Shown: one piece after another, positions 29,613 through 39,882 of the stretch | Position numbering within the stretch: position 1 is the first letter of the stretch | Layout: every line of letters starts with the position of its first letter | NCBI GenBank assembly: GCA_963796685.1 | Contig: CAWCMR010000006.1 | Span: forward strand, 96,001 to 160,000 | Direction: 5' to 3' | Origin: an uncultured delta proteobacterium | GTDB lineage: Bacteria > Myxococcota_A > Polyangia > Fen-1088 | DNA: 64,000 nucleotides | Position numbers and translations under genes: made by a program | Notes under the pieces: model-generated | What the model was told of the DNA's origin: nothing | The model's input: the letters and a program-made list of their open reading frames with translations, nothing else | The model's database searches: none

Positions 29613-30791
29613 CTACTTCTGCCCATCCCGACGCCGATTTCTGCGGCGACGGACGAGCAAGAGCGCGCCTGCAAGAACCATCAGGGTCCGCCCGCTGAGC
29701 GCGCCGCCTGTTGCCGCCGTGGAGCAACTGCAACCGCCTGAGGCTTTCGCGGCGGGCTCAGTTGCCGACGCGCCGGCCGCACCGCCGTTGCCCAGGGTGC
29801 CGCCGGTAGACACGGATCCACCGACGCCAACCACGCCCCCGGTACCCACCGCACCGCCAGTGCCCGACGTCCCGCCATTCCCCAGCGCACCACCGGAACC
29901 TGGCGCCACCGCGCTTCCGCCCTCGCCAGCCGCCGCGTCGCGCCCCCCTGCACCGCCCTTGCCGCCCGATCCTGCCGATCCGCCGGTGCCGCTGGTTCCG
30001 CCGGCGCCGCCCGCTGCTCCGCTGTCGCTTACCCCTGCATCGATGGCCGTTCCCTGCGGCACGAAGGTGAAGTCTCTGACGATGATCTCGACGTTCTGTC
30101 CATTGGACGGCACGCCCTGGAAACACCACAGGTTCATGCCGAGCGGCAGCGCTTGCTGCGGAACTTGGGTAGCTGGAGAAGCGGGTGCAAATGTCCACGC
30201 CTCGAGCAGACCCGCGGTGCCACCGAGCGGCTCGAATCCGCTCAGCGTGACGAAATCGATCCTGGTGCTGCTCCAGGCAAACCGCGACGTGGTGTACGTG
30301 CCGGTCAGAGTGAAGTCGAAGGTGATTTCGCTGCTACCGGTCCCAGTCGGCGGATACACGGTGTAGTTGCCATTCGGGTAGCTCGCGTTTCCCCAGCGCG
30401 CGTACTCGATGTCAATCTCGTTCTGACCGTCGCTCCCGATGCCGGCCTGGGGCCCGTATGGGTAGAGCCCGACCACGACGTTCTTATCGAGCTTGTCGAC
30501 CGGCCCATCGATCTGCCACTGGTAGGTGCCGAAACCGAGCTTGTCGGTCGTGAAGATCTCCGCAGCGGTCCAAGTGCCGCCGTTGTTGGTGATCTTCATG
30601 TGCAGATAGCCGTCGCTATCGATCGCTATATTGGCCGCGTTGCCCTGGCAGACGCCGGCCATGCCACCCGCGGTCACGTCCCAGGTATGGCCCTTCCAGT
30701 TGATGGTCGCCGCGTGGCCGACCCGGCCGAGCGAAAGGGTCGCGATGAGACCCGCCAACGCTGACGACAAAACCATGGACCAGATTCGCAT
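29613..30791 (-). CDS. GH16-family glycoside hydrolase with Gly-rich linker and MYXO-CTERM tail
   Basis: Signal peptide; catalytic 'EIDIE'; C-terminal 'GGCSCS...TM...RRRRNRRR'. Confidence 0.8.
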   Translation of the reverse strand: MRIWSMVLSSALAGLIATLSLGRVGHAATINWKGHTWDVTAGGMAGVCQGNAANIAIDSDGYLHMKITNNGGTWTAAEIFTTDKLGFGTYQWQIDGPVDKLDKNVVVGLYPYGPQAGIGSDGQNEIDIEYARWGNASYPNGNYTVYPPTGTGSSEITFDFTLTGTYTTSRFAWSSTRIDFVTLSGFEPLGGTAGLLEAWTFAPASPATQVPQQALPLGMNLWCFQGVPSNGQNVEIIVRDFTFVPQGTAIDAGVSDSGAAGGAGGTSGTGGSAGSGGKGGAGGRDAAAGEGGSAVAPGSGGALGNGGTSGTGGAVGTGGVVGVGGSVSTGGTLGNGGAAGASATEPAAKASGGCSCSTAATGGALSGRTLMVLAGALLLVRRRRNRRRDGQK

Positions 30792-30857
30792 GCAGACTCC
30801 TATTGGAACACGAGACCCCACCTGCGGCCGAGCCCTTGGCTCGCCCCCCCATCGAGG

Positions 30858-31581
30858 TTACGCGGTGGCCGGACGGAGCCTTCCTTGGAGATCCGGCCAC
30901 AACCGTTCCGGTAACTCCAACATGGATCGCAAATGGTCTGGCCCCGGCGTAGCTGTACCCCGGCGGATTTGCAGCGCCTTGAAACCGGCGGCCCTGGCGC
31001 CGTAGAGATCCATCTCCGCGCTGTCGCCGATGTGTAGAATCTGACTTGCGGGCAGTCCGACCTTTTCGGCAGCTCCGTCGAAGATGACGCGGTCGGGTTT
31101 GGCATGGCCGACCTCGGACGACACGACGATGGCCTCGAAGCGGGAATCGAGCCTGAGCCGCCCGAGCAAGCATCGCAGGCGTTCATCCCAGTTGGAGATG
31201 ACCGCCAAGCGCACGCCCCGCGCGGCCAGCTTGTCCAGCACGGGCAGCACATCGTCGTAGATGCGCCAGGCCTCGGCCTGGGCGAAGCGATCGTAAGATC
31301 TCGGCGAAAAAGCTCCGGCTGGGCGGGATCTCGACCAGACCTTCAAATACCGCGTCGACCAGTTGCTCCCAGCCGGCCCGCGTCTCCGCCAGGTGGAGTC
31401 GGCCCGGCCAGATGGCCCGAAAGCGCTCTTCCAGAAGCGCCGCGGTGAGGTGACCGAGGCCGTTCCGAGCGGCGATGTCCGCATACACCTGGCCGACGGA
31501 CGGCCAGGTCGTGATCAGGGTGTTGCCGACATCGAAGGTGATGGCCTTGATGTCGGCTAAGGGACGCGATTCTTGCTTCAT
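30858..31581 (-). CDS. HAD-family hydrolase, apparent +1 frameshift at ~31295
   Basis: 'FDVGNTL' in ORF 31183-31581; 'ISNWDERL', 'KPD', 'HIGDSAEMD' in ORF 30858-31484; joined by removing one base at GTAAGATC. Confidence 0.8.
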
Positions 31582-31800
31582 GGTTTTCGCCTTGGGTCAG
31601 CTTGAGCGTCTGCCCGCTGTTCGTCGAGCATCTTGAAGCTCACCCCCGTCGTCTTCCACCCGCCCTGGTCGTAGACGTCGGATGCGTCCACCGTCAACAC
31701 CAGGCCGTGGGCGCCGGGAGTATCGGCCCTTTACCGTGAGATCGCCTTCCTGGGAGAAGGTGGGCCTTGACACCACCTGCCCTCCGGACTTCGTCTGCCG

Positions 31801-32067
31801 CTATTCGTAGTGGGTCCAAAGCCGCAGAACCTTCACCACACGTTCACGCTTGAGCACTTGATACACAACGCGGTGCTGAATGTTGATACGGCGGGAATAG
31901 GCCCCTTCCAAGTCGCCGACCAGCTTTTCAAAGGGCGGCGGAGTTCGAAAGGGATCTTCGGCAAGAAGGGCCAGAAGTGCTTCCGCCTTCTGGCGCAAGC
32001 CGGCAGCGGTCAGCTTCTTGGCGTCCTTCTGGGCCTGCTTCACAAAAACGAGCGACCAGCTCACCAC
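31801..32067 (-). CDS. yoeB: Txe/YoeB-family toxin
   Basis: 'KQAQKDAKKL', 'PPPFEKLVGDLEGAYSRRINIQHRVVYQV...WTHYE'. Confidence 0.92.
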   Translation of the reverse strand: MVSWSLVFVKQAQKDAKKLTAAGLRQKAEALLALLAEDPFRTPPPFEKLVGDLEGAYSRRINIQHRVVYQVLKRERVVKVLRLWTHYE

Positions 32068-32303
32068 TTAAGAGTCTTGCTGGTCGAGGAGAGAGGCGTC
32101 TTGAGACCCTTGCGGATGGATTCGCGCATGCCAGGAATCGAAAGCAGATACAACGTTTCCTGCACCGCACGCCAGTCCTCCTCGCTGACCAGCACAGAGC
32201 TGCGATGGCGGCCATTAATCTGGATGGGCTCATGCGAATGAGCTGTCTGTTCCATCAACCTGAACAGATTGGCTCGAGCTTGGCTGGCGCTGAGTGACGT
32301 CAT
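32061..32303 (-). CDS. yefM: Phd/YefM-family antitoxin
   Basis: '[15 protein letters not shown]...HEPIQI...[27 protein letters not shown]'; overlaps the toxin start. Confidence 0.9.
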   Translation of the reverse strand: MTSLSASQARANLFRLMEQTAHSHEPIQINGRHRSSVLVSEEDWRAVQETLYLLSIPGMRESIRKGLKTPLSSTSKTLKW

Positions 32304-32323
32304 GAGGTACTCCTCAGAGACTT

Positions 32324-32339
32324 GTACCATAAGTGGTAC
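32324..32339. promoter_or_regulatory. Candidate YefM-YoeB autorepression operator
   Basis: GTACCA-TAAG-TGGTAC inverted repeat ~20 bp upstream of the antitoxin; resembles TGTACA-core yefM operators. Confidence 0.55.
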
Positions 32340-32355
32340 GTCTTGGCCATCGTTT

Positions 32356-32390
32356 CGAGGCGCTGCGAGGCGCTGCGAGGCGCTGCGAGG
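32356..32390. repeat. 10-bp tandem repeat
   Basis: CGAGG followed by (CGCTGCGAGG)x3. Confidence 0.85.
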
Positions 32391-32446
32391 CTGTGATTCG
32401 CGTGGCGTGTTCTTGGGCTTGCCCTTGCCGTAGGCGTGCGTGAGCG

Positions 32447-32698
32447 GCGTGGTCCCGGTGCGACCGAGCGGGGTGACGGTGGCCGATGGAGGGTCAAGCT
32501 GGCTTCCGCGGCGCGCGCACCTTCGCGCTGTAGCTCGGCCGCGCGGCCGTGACGGGCGAGCGTGTAGTAGAGCAGCGGGACGGTCAGGCGAGACAGCAGG
32601 GGGGCTGCCACCTGGCCGGCCATGAGCGCGATGACCAGGCCCTGGAAGATGGGATCGGCGAGCATGACCGCGCTTCCGACCAAGACCGCGGTGGCCGT
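32447..32698 (-). pseudogene. Diverged direct copy of the 3' end of the RND permease gene (35522-35777)
   Basis: Translates '[60 protein letters not shown]', nearly identical to the RND C-terminus. Confidence 0.85.
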
Positions 32699-33421
32699 CG
32701 ACGGCACGGGCGAGATCACTCTGCAGGCCACCCAGGATAGCTCCGGCCTGCACGTCACGCTACCGAGCACGCAGCCGTATACAGCCCTCGCCTATGCCAT
32801 CAAGATCAGCAAGAGTGGCACGGCGCCCGCCGCGACGCCGTGGATCACGCCCCCGTCTACCGGCGATGGCGGTGTGGGCGGAGCTGGCGGCAGCGGGAGC
32901 GCGGATAGTGGCACCACCGGGTCGGGCGGCGGCGCGGGCGGCCGCGGCGGCGCGGGGGGTGCCTCAGCGGGTAGCAGCGGAGCAACCGGCAGCGGTGGGG
33001 CGGCGACGGGGGGACGGGCACAGCCGGCTCGATAGGCACTGGCGGTGCGGGCACTGGCGGTGCGGGTGCGAGCGGCTCGATGGGCACTGGCGGTACAAGC
33101 ACACCCGGTAGCCTAGGAGGAGCCTCGGGCGGCGACGGAGCGAGCGCCACGGGCGGCGTCGCCGGCAGCGCCGGTGGGGCAGTCGCTTCGGGAGGGAGCG
33201 GCAACAGCGGGGCGGCCGCATGTGCGGGCGGGATCGGTGGCGCAGGTGGGGGCTGAGGCTCGGGTTACGGTGGTTCTGCCGCGGGCGTCACGAGCACCAG
33301 GCAGACCAGCTCATCTTCCGGCTGTTCCTGCGCGATTCAGGGCGCTCGGCGGACGAATACCGGCGGCATCGCGTTGCTCGGGTTCGCCGTGGCGTTACGC
33401 ATTGGTCGTCGTCGTCGCTGA
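32699..33421 (+). pseudogene. C-terminal remnant of a secreted glycoside hydrolase (GH29 fucosidase C-domain-like) with Gly linker and MYXO-CTERM
   Basis: '[30 protein letters not shown]'; frameshift in G-run at ~33010; in-frame TGA at 33254; ends 'SGCSCAIQG...IALLGFAVALRIGRRRR*'; no 5' part. Confidence 0.6.
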
Positions 33422-33439
33422 ATCCAAGGGCGCGGAACC

Positions 33440-33590
33440 GCGCCATCCCGCCCCCATCTGTGTGAACAGGTTCCTTTCGAAGTGCATGTGATTGGCGTTC
33501 GTGACGCTGACGCCGGCAGCCGGCCTTCCCACAGCCTGATTGTTGTTGGCATCCGCCGTCAGGTTGTACTGGCCCGCTTGCCCGTCGGTG
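33440..33590 (-). pseudogene. Internal fragment of a right-handed beta-helix protein
   Basis: 'QAGQYNLTADANNNQAVGRPAAGVSVTNANHMHFERNLFTQMGA', with no start or end of its own. Confidence 0.4.
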
Positions 33591-33621
33591 CCGTCACAAA
33601 CACGTTCGCCGGACAGCTTTG

Positions 33622-33975
33622 TCAGGGCGTGCCCGCTGCGACCGGGTCGAGACACGCGTCGATGTGGTAGGGCCAGGAGGGCACCCCGTTCGGGAAGTCC
33701 CGCGAGAAGGACGCGAACCCGGACTTGGTGAAGCTGACTGTGGCCGCCTCGCCCGAGGGCTTGTTCAGCCCCACGAAGAAGTGGCCGTTCTCGTCGGTGC
33801 TGGTCGTCTCCGTCTCCGGCCCTTCCCAGGCTCCAGGGTCGGTCGTCACCACCACCTCCGCGCCTGCTATCGGCGTCGCCGTCACGCACTGCGTGATATT
33901 CCCCTCGACCTGAAAGAACGTGTCACAGCCCGAGAGGACCGCAGCGAAGCCGAACAACAAGAGCAAACGACGCAT
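33622..33975 (-). CDS. Small lipoprotein with carboxypeptidase-regulatory-like (prealbumin-fold) domain
   Basis: Lipobox 'LSGC'; 'TPIAGAEV...TSTDENGHF...VSFTKSGF'. Confidence 0.7.
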   Translation of the reverse strand: MRRLLLLFGFAAVLSGCDTFFQVEGNITQCVTATPIAGAEVVVTTDPGAWEGPETETTSTDENGHFFVGLNKPSGEAATVSFTKSGFASFSRDFPNGVPSWPYHIDACLDPVAAGTP

Positions 33976-34206
33976 TCCCGTAGGGGACAGCAAGATCGTT
34001 GCCACCGGAGAAAGTCCGGAAAACCGTCAGCCAAGCTCCGACGATCCAGGGCAACCATGTCAGGCCCAGTTGATCGAAGACGGGCTTTGCCCCCATCGGA
34101 GTACGTACCTCCCTGCATACACTTCGCGTGGCACCGGCGGGACGGCGGGACTCCGACAGCGACGTCATACCGGATTGCATGCGCCGCGCTTTACCGCCTT
34201 GCCGTG

Positions 34207-34314
34207 GAGAAGCCCCACAAGGCCAAGTACGTGATCGACCCAGGCGTCAGTCAGAAGGCGCAGGCGCGCGTGCTTGAGATGCTCAAGTCCTATCCGCTCT
34301 ATCCCGAGCTGGGC
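34207..34314 (+). pseudogene. C-terminal remnant resembling long-form serine hydroxymethyltransferase (GlyA)
   Basis: 'KPHKAKYVIDPGVSQKAQARVLEMLKSYPLYPEL' resembles the 'SKAKY...RV..LL..FPLYPEL' GlyA tail. Confidence 0.45.
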
Positions 34315-34333
34315 GTGCCCGCTACGCCCGCTC

Positions 34334-35143
34334 TCAATTCCTCATGCAGCTCGCATCATGGTACGCAGCTGAGCATGTCGAGCCTGCCGGACAGGGTGGA
34401 TCCTGCCGCACCACATAGCCGTAACGGCACTCGCTGATCACGCTACCCTTGCAGGTGTAGTAGTCGGGATCATCAGGCGGGCAGGCCGGATCGGGCATTG
34501 AGGTCATTGTGCAGAAGTCAGAGTGATTCGGTTTGGGAATACAGAGGCCAGTCGATGGGCACGGAAAGGCGTAGGTGGCATACCCGCGCTCGCACTCCAG
34601 CAGCCGATTGCCATCACAGACCACGTAGCTCGCAGCCGCGTCCGCGTTCGCGCACAGGGGGTTGGGCGTAGGATCCACGGCACAATCCACCCATGTAGCG
34701 ACCGTTATGCAATAGCCAGATGCGGCCCTGGGTGAACCGGTCACCACCGTGTCCCCCCAGGTCTGACCAGTCGAGCAGTCGAAGGTGGACTCGACGTAAC
34801 CCTGATGGCAGGCGATCACCTCGTTGCCGCTGCAGTAGAGGAGATTGGTAGCGCCCGCCTTCTCCGTGCAGCTTGGGTCAGGTTCCTCTGTTTGTGCGCA
34901 AAACGGATTCCGGTCGGCAGGGTCGGTTGATAGGTGACAAAAGCCATCGCCGCAATCCTCCGTGTACCACGCTAGGGTGGGATCGTCGGAACCGCGCGGC
35001 TCGCATATCTGCGCCAATTTGCCGTTGCACCTGACTGCGTCCACGGAGCATTCGTCAAAGTTGCAGCCATTGCCCGCAGTCGCGAGCGTGAGCAGGAGGA
35101 AGCAGGCCACGCGCTGTCTCCCGATACGGAGATGATGGAGCAT
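34334..35143 (-). CDS. Cysteine-rich repeat lipoprotein of unknown function (start uncertain)
   Basis: 'FLLLTLATAGNGC' lipobox-like; repeated P-D/N-P-x-C...C-x-G-N/S-x4-C-x2-GY units. Confidence 0.6.
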   Translation of the reverse strand: MLHHLRIGRQRVACFLLLTLATAGNGCNFDECSVDAVRCNGKLAQICEPRGSDDPTLAWYTEDCGDGFCHLSTDPADRNPFCAQTEEPDPSCTEKAGATNLLYCSGNEVIACHQGYVESTFDCSTGQTWGDTVVTGSPRAASGYCITVATWVDCAVDPTPNPLCANADAAASYVVCDGNRLLECERGYATYAFPCPSTGLCIPKPNHSDFCTMTSMPDPACPPDDPDYYTCKGSVISECRYGYVVRQDPPCPAGSTCSAAYHDASCMRN

Positions 35144-35516
35144 TGATATCATGGCGGACGCGGCAAGGATCGGTCCAACCTCCCGTCGTGTCCAAAAATC
35201 CATCGCAGCAGTGGTCATGCGGCCTCGGGGTAGTAGTAGTTCAACATCTCGCCGAGGCGAGACCGGCAGACGACCTTGCCCTGAGCGCGTTTCGTGCTCG
35301 TCGCCCCATGCCTGGAGGAAGTTGCGAGGAGAGGTTGTCGGCGGGCGCGGGCGCGGGCGCGGCGGACGAGGGGACGACTTCGCTGCGTGAAGTGGCGTGT
35401 GACGAGAGTACGCCAAAATATCTGACGGTATTTCGTCGTCGAAGATCTTGAGGCGGTCTTTGGCGGTCACGACCCAAGCTTACACCCTGTGGGGTCGAGA
35501 GCTGATGCGGTTGCTC

Positions 35517-38500
35517 CTACAGCGTGGTCCCGGTGCGACCGAGCGGGGTGACGGTGGCCAGATGAAGGGTCAAGCTGGCTTCCTCCGCTGCGCGTGCCCC
35601 TTCGCGCTGCAGCTCGGCCGCTCGGCCGTGACGGGCGAGAGCGTGGTAAAGCAGCGGCACGGCCAGGCGGGAGAGCAGGGTGGCCGCCACCTGGCCGGCC
35701 ATAAGTGCGATGGCCAGGCCCTGGAAGATGGGGTCGGCCAACATGACCGCGCTGCCGACCAAGACGGCGGCGGCCGTGAGCACCATGGGACGGAAGCGGA
35801 CCACGCCAGCTTCCTCGACGGCCAAGGCCAGCGGCATGCCCTCGCGCAGCTTGAGCTCGATGAAATCCACCAGGATGATGCTGTTGCGTAGGATGATGCC
35901 GGCACCGGCGATGAAGCCGATCATGCTGGTGGCGGTGAAGAAGCTGCCCATGGCCCAGTGGGCGGGGATGATGCCGATGAGCGATAGCGGAATGGGAACC
36001 AGAATGACCAGTGGGACCGTGAAGCTCTGGAACCAGCCCACGACCAAGACGTAGATCAGGATCAGGACGGCGGCGAAGGCGAGACCGAGATCGCGGAACA
36101 CCTCCAAGGTGATGTGCCACTCGCCGTCCCACTTGATTGAGGGGTGCTCGGTGTCGGACGGCAGGTTCAGCCCGAAGCGCGGCACGACCTCGCCCGAGGC
36201 GCTGCGCAGGTTGTCGAGCTTCTTGTTGAGGGCAGCCAGGGCGTAGACCGGGCTCTCGATGGTGCCGGCCAGGTCGCCAAAGACGTAGGACACGGGCATG
36301 AGGTTCTTGTGAAAGATGTCGGGGTCGGCGAATCCGGCGGTGGAGTGCACCAGCTCGGAGAGCGGAACCGGACCGCGAACCCCGGGCACCGTCAGTTGCA
36401 GCAATTGATCGATGCGGCTGCGCTGGGCTGGGGCGAGCTGCAGGATGATGGGGATCTGATTGGCGCCGTGCCCGCCGTGGAAGAGCCCGAGTTGCGCGCC
36501 GTAGCCGGCCGCGGCCAGGGTCTGCACCACCGCCGCCGGCGCCACCCCGTGCAGGGCGGACTTCTCGCGATCGATGTCGATGGAGATCTTGGGTGTCGTC
36601 GGGTTCAAGGTCGAATCGATGTCGACCACGCCCGCGGTGGAGCGAAAGGCCGCCAGCGTCTCGCTCGCCAGGCGATCGCGCTCTGCCACGCTGGGTCCGT
36701 AGACCTCGGCGACGAGGGTGTCGAGCACCGGCGGGCCGGGCGGAATCTCGACCAGCTTGAGCCGGCCGCCCTTGGCGTTTGCAATCGCTTCCAGCGCCGG
36801 CCGCAGACGCATGACGATGGCGTGACTTTGCGTCTTGCGCTTGCCCTTGGGCACCAGGTTCACCTGCAGATCGACCTGCTCGGGCGCGTCCCGGAAGAAG
36901 CTGTGGCGAACCATGCCCACGAACGTGAAGGGCGCGGCCACGCCGGCGTAGACTTGAACATCCAGCGCCTCGGGCTCTTCCAACACCCGGCGCGCCAGAG
37001 CCTGGCCGACGACGAAGGCATCTTCGCGGGGCGTTCCCGCGGGCATGTCCAGTTGAACCTGGAATTCGGCCTTGTTGTCGAAAGGCAACATCTTGACCTT
37101 GACCGTGCCGGCCACCACCAGCGACGCGGCGCCGCCGAGGAGCAAGACCAGCCCGCCGACGAACCCCCAGCGGGCCACCTTCGATCCCAAGAGCCGCCGG
37201 GTGATGCTCCGGTGCATTCGCGTCCAGATGGTTTCCGGCCGCGTTTCGGGATGGGCGGTGACGTCATCCTTCTCGGGTGCCGGCTCTTCATAGTTTGGAT
37301 CCGCGGGGTGCAGCCCGGTCGCGTCGGTTTCGCCCAGATGCGCTTCCTTGCGAAAGACTTTCATGGCCGCCCACGGGCTGACGATGAAGGCGATGGCCAG
37401 CGAGAACATCATGGCCACACTGGCGCCGATGGGAATGGGGCGCATGTACGGGCCCATCAGGCCGCGTACCAGGGCCAGCGGCAAGATGGCGGCCACCACC
37501 GCGAAGGTGGCCAGGATGGTGGGATTGCCGACCTCGTCCACGGCCTCGATCACGGTGCGCGCGAAGCTGCGTTTGGGTCCAGGTAGATAGAGGTGGCGGT
37601 GGACGTTTTCGACCACGACGATGGCGTCGTCCACCAGGATGCCGATGGAAAAGATGAGGGCGAACAGGGTCACGCGGTTGAGCGTGTAGCCGAACAGGTA
37701 GGTGAGCAGCAGGGTCAGCGCCAGCGTGACCGGAACCGCGATGGCCACGATGACCGCCGAGCGCCAGCCCATGGCCAGCAGGATGAGCGCGATGACCGAC
37801 AGGGTGGCGATGAGCAGGTGCTCGATGAGCTCGTTCGACTTCTCGCCCGCGGTTTCGCCATAGTTGCGGGTCACGTCCACCGTGATGGACGACGGGATAA
37901 GCCGGCCCTTGAGCGCCTCGACCTTGGCCAGCACGCGCTTCGCCAGATCGGTGGCGTTGGTGCCGGGCCGCTTGGACACGGCGATGGCCACGGCCTGCTC
38001 GAAGCCGGGCTGCCCCTTCTTCGCAGTCACCACCATGGCAGGCTCGGGCTCGGGACCGTCCGTCACGCGCGCCACGTCCTCCAAATACACTGGGCGCTCT
38101 CCGCGCGTGGCCACGACCACGCGGCGCAAATCGGCGGCGGACAGCGCGTAGCCCCTGGCCTCCAGCTCGACTCGCTTGTCGGCGTCGACCAGCGCGCCCG
38201 CGGGCAGTTGCGCCTGCGCGGCGCGCAGGGCCGGATCCAATTCGGCCAACGAGACTTGCAACGTACGCAACCGCTCGGGATCGGGCTCGATGCGCACCAC
38301 GCGGCGGGCGCCACCGAGCACGCGCACCTGGGCCGTCTGCGGCACATCGGCCAACTCGCGCGCCACCTCGTCAGCCACGGCACGCAGCACGCCGGGGGCC
38401 TGAGCCTTCCCGTCTTGGCCGTGCAGGGTCAGGTTCAGGAACGGAACGTCGTCGATGGTCAGCAGACGAACCACCGGCTGCAAGGCGCCGGCGGGCATCA

Positions 38501-38888
38501 GCTCGGGGTGCGCGGCCAGCTCCTGATGAACCTTGACCAGGCTGGGCTCGAGCGGTTCATTGACCTTGAAGCGAATGGTGAGCAGGGCCGCTCCTGGCCT
38601 GCTGGTGCTGTAGAGGTACTCGACGCCGGGCAGGCCCCACATGCGGCGTTCGAGGGGCGTGGTGAGCTGAGATTCGACCTCGGCCGGGGTGGCGCCGGGC
38701 ATGGGCACGATGACATCCACCATGGGGACGACGATCTGCGGTTCCTCCTCGCGCGGCGTGAGAAAGACCGCCGCCAGGCCAAGCAACAGCGACGCGACGA
38801 CGATGAGCGGTGTGAGCTTGCTGCGCAGAAAGGTCTGCGCGACCCTGCCTGCGAAACCAATTTCTCGCGTGCGCGTTTCAACGGCCAT
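35517..38888 (-). CDS. RND efflux permease (AcrB/AcrD/AcrF family)
   Basis: 'PREEEPQI', TM4 '[14 protein letters not shown]', 'RNSIILVDF', 'RFRPMVLT'. Confidence 0.93.
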   Translation of the reverse strand: MAVETRTREIGFAGRVAQTFLRSKLTPLIVVASLLLGLAAVFLTPREEEPQIVVPMVDVIVPMPGATPAEVESQLTTPLERRMWGLPGVEYLYSTSRPGAALLTIRFKVNEPLEPSLVKVHQELAAHPELMPAGALQPVVRLLTIDDVPFLNLTLHGQDGKAQAPGVLRAVADEVARELADVPQTAQVRVLGGARRVVRIEPDPERLRTLQVSLAELDPALRAAQAQLPAGALVDADKRVELEARGYALSAADLRRVVVATRGERPVYLEDVARVTDGPEPEPAMVVTAKKGQPGFEQAVAIAVSKRPGTNATDLAKRVLAKVEALKGRLIPSSITVDVTRNYGETAGEKSNELIEHLLIATLSVIALILLAMGWRSAVIVAIAVPVTLALTLLLTYLFGYTLNRVTLFALIFSIGILVDDAIVVVENVHRHLYLPGPKRSFARTVIEAVDEVGNPTILATFAVVAAILPLALVRGLMGPYMRPIPIGASVAMMFSLAIAFIVSPWAAMKVFRKEAHLGETDATGLHPADPNYEEPAPEKDDVTAHPETRPETIWTRMHRSITRRLLGSKVARWGFVGGLVLLLGGAASLVVAGTVKVKMLPFDNKAEFQVQLDMPAGTPREDAFVVGQALARRVLEEPEALDVQVYAGVAAPFTFVGMVRHSFFRDAPEQVDLQVNLVPKGKRKTQSHAIVMRLRPALEAIANAKGGRLKLVEIPPGPPVLDTLVAEVYGPSVAERDRLASETLAAFRSTAGVVDIDSTLNPTTPKISIDIDREKSALHGVAPAAVVQTLAAAGYGAQLGLFHGGHGANQIPIILQLAPAQRSRIDQLLQLTVPGVRGPVPLSELVHSTAGFADPDIFHKNLMPVSYVFGDLAGTIESPVYALAALNKKLDNLRSASGEVVPRFGLNLPSDTEHPSIKWDGEWHITLEVFRDLGLAFAAVLILIYVLVVGWFQSFTVPLVILVPIPLSLIGIIPAHWAMGSFFTATSMIGFIAGAGIILRNSIILVDFIELKLREGMPLALAVEEAGVVRFRPMVLTAAAVLVGSAVMLADPIFQGLAIALMAGQVAATLLSRLAVPLLYHALARHGRAAELQREGARAAEEASLTLHLATVTPLGRTGTTL

Positions 38889-39882
38889 TGACGATCTCCA
38901 CCGCTTGCTCGTCGCGAATTCCACCCGGCGCATCGATGACAGCGTCGTTCAGGGAGAGGCCCGCCCGCACGACCACGTCCGTACCGGACGCCTCGCCCAG
39001 CGACAGCCAGCGCAGGCGGGCGTGACCGTCTTCGGCCACGAATACTCCGGTCAAGTCGCCGCGCTGGACGAGCGCGGATTTCGGAACTCTCCGCTCCGTC
39101 GGCTGGGGGCCGCCCGGGATCTGGATGCGAGCGAACGCACCCGAGCGAAAGTCGGAGGCGTGCTCGGTGACCTTGGCGCGCAGCGCTCGCCGGTGCGACA
39201 GCGCATCGCCGCCGGGGGTAAGCGCGGTGATCTCGGCCTCGCCGTGGTGGCCATCCGCCTCGAGCTTGATCCGCTGGCCGATGTGGAGCGTCGCCGCTTC
39301 CTCTTCGGACAGGGTCGCCTGCACTTCCAGATCGGGGCCCTCGATTTCGACCAGCGGCTGGCCCGGGCCGACGAAGTCGCCGGCGCTCACCCGGCGCGCT
39401 TGGACGACGCCCTCGAAGGGGGCGCGCAGCTGCGTATAGGCCAGACTGGCCCGCGTGCCTGCGACTGCAGCGGCCGCCTGCGCGCGTTGGGCCTGGGCGG
39501 ATTCGAGCTCGACCGGCGTGGCGGCACGCTGACGGGTGAGCTCGGCGATGCGCCGTTCGTACGCCGTGGCGTTGGCGAGAGCCGTGGTCGCCGCCGCGAC
39601 CTGGGCCTGGACGTCGTCATTCGACAGGGTCACCAGGAGTTGCCCGCGCTTCACACGCGTGCCCTCGGTCACGAGCACCCTCTCGACCGTCGCTGCCAGG
39701 CGCGTGGACACCGTGGCCCGGTGCACGGGCGCCAGGGTGGCCGCGTAAAGCGGAACGGTGTCGCCAGTCGCGGCTTTCGCCAGCCGAACGGTCACCGGAC
39801 GCGGTTCGGCCCGGACCTGACCTGCCTGGGCCAAGGTGATGGCGAGCGCGAAGGCCGCGCCGGTAAGGATGGAACGGATCAT
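38878..39882 (-). CDS. RND periplasmic adaptor (MFP)
   Basis: 'VLVTEGTRVKRGQLL', 'LRAPFEGVV...GDFVGPGQPL'; overlaps both neighbours. Confidence 0.9.
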   Translation of the reverse strand: MIRSILTGAAFALAITLAQAGQVRAEPRPVTVRLAKAATGDTVPLYAATLAPVHRATVSTRLAATVERVLVTEGTRVKRGQLLVTLSNDDVQAQVAAATTALANATAYERRIAELTRQRAATPVELESAQAQRAQAAAAVAGTRASLAYTQLRAPFEGVVQARRVSAGDFVGPGQPLVEIEGPDLEVQATLSEEEAATLHIGQRIKLEADGHHGEAEITALTPGGDALSHRRALRAKVTEHASDFRSGAFARIQIPGGPQPTERRVPKSALVQRGDLTGVFVAEDGHARLRWLSLGEASGTDVVVRAGLSLNDAVIDAPGGIRDEQAVEIVNGR

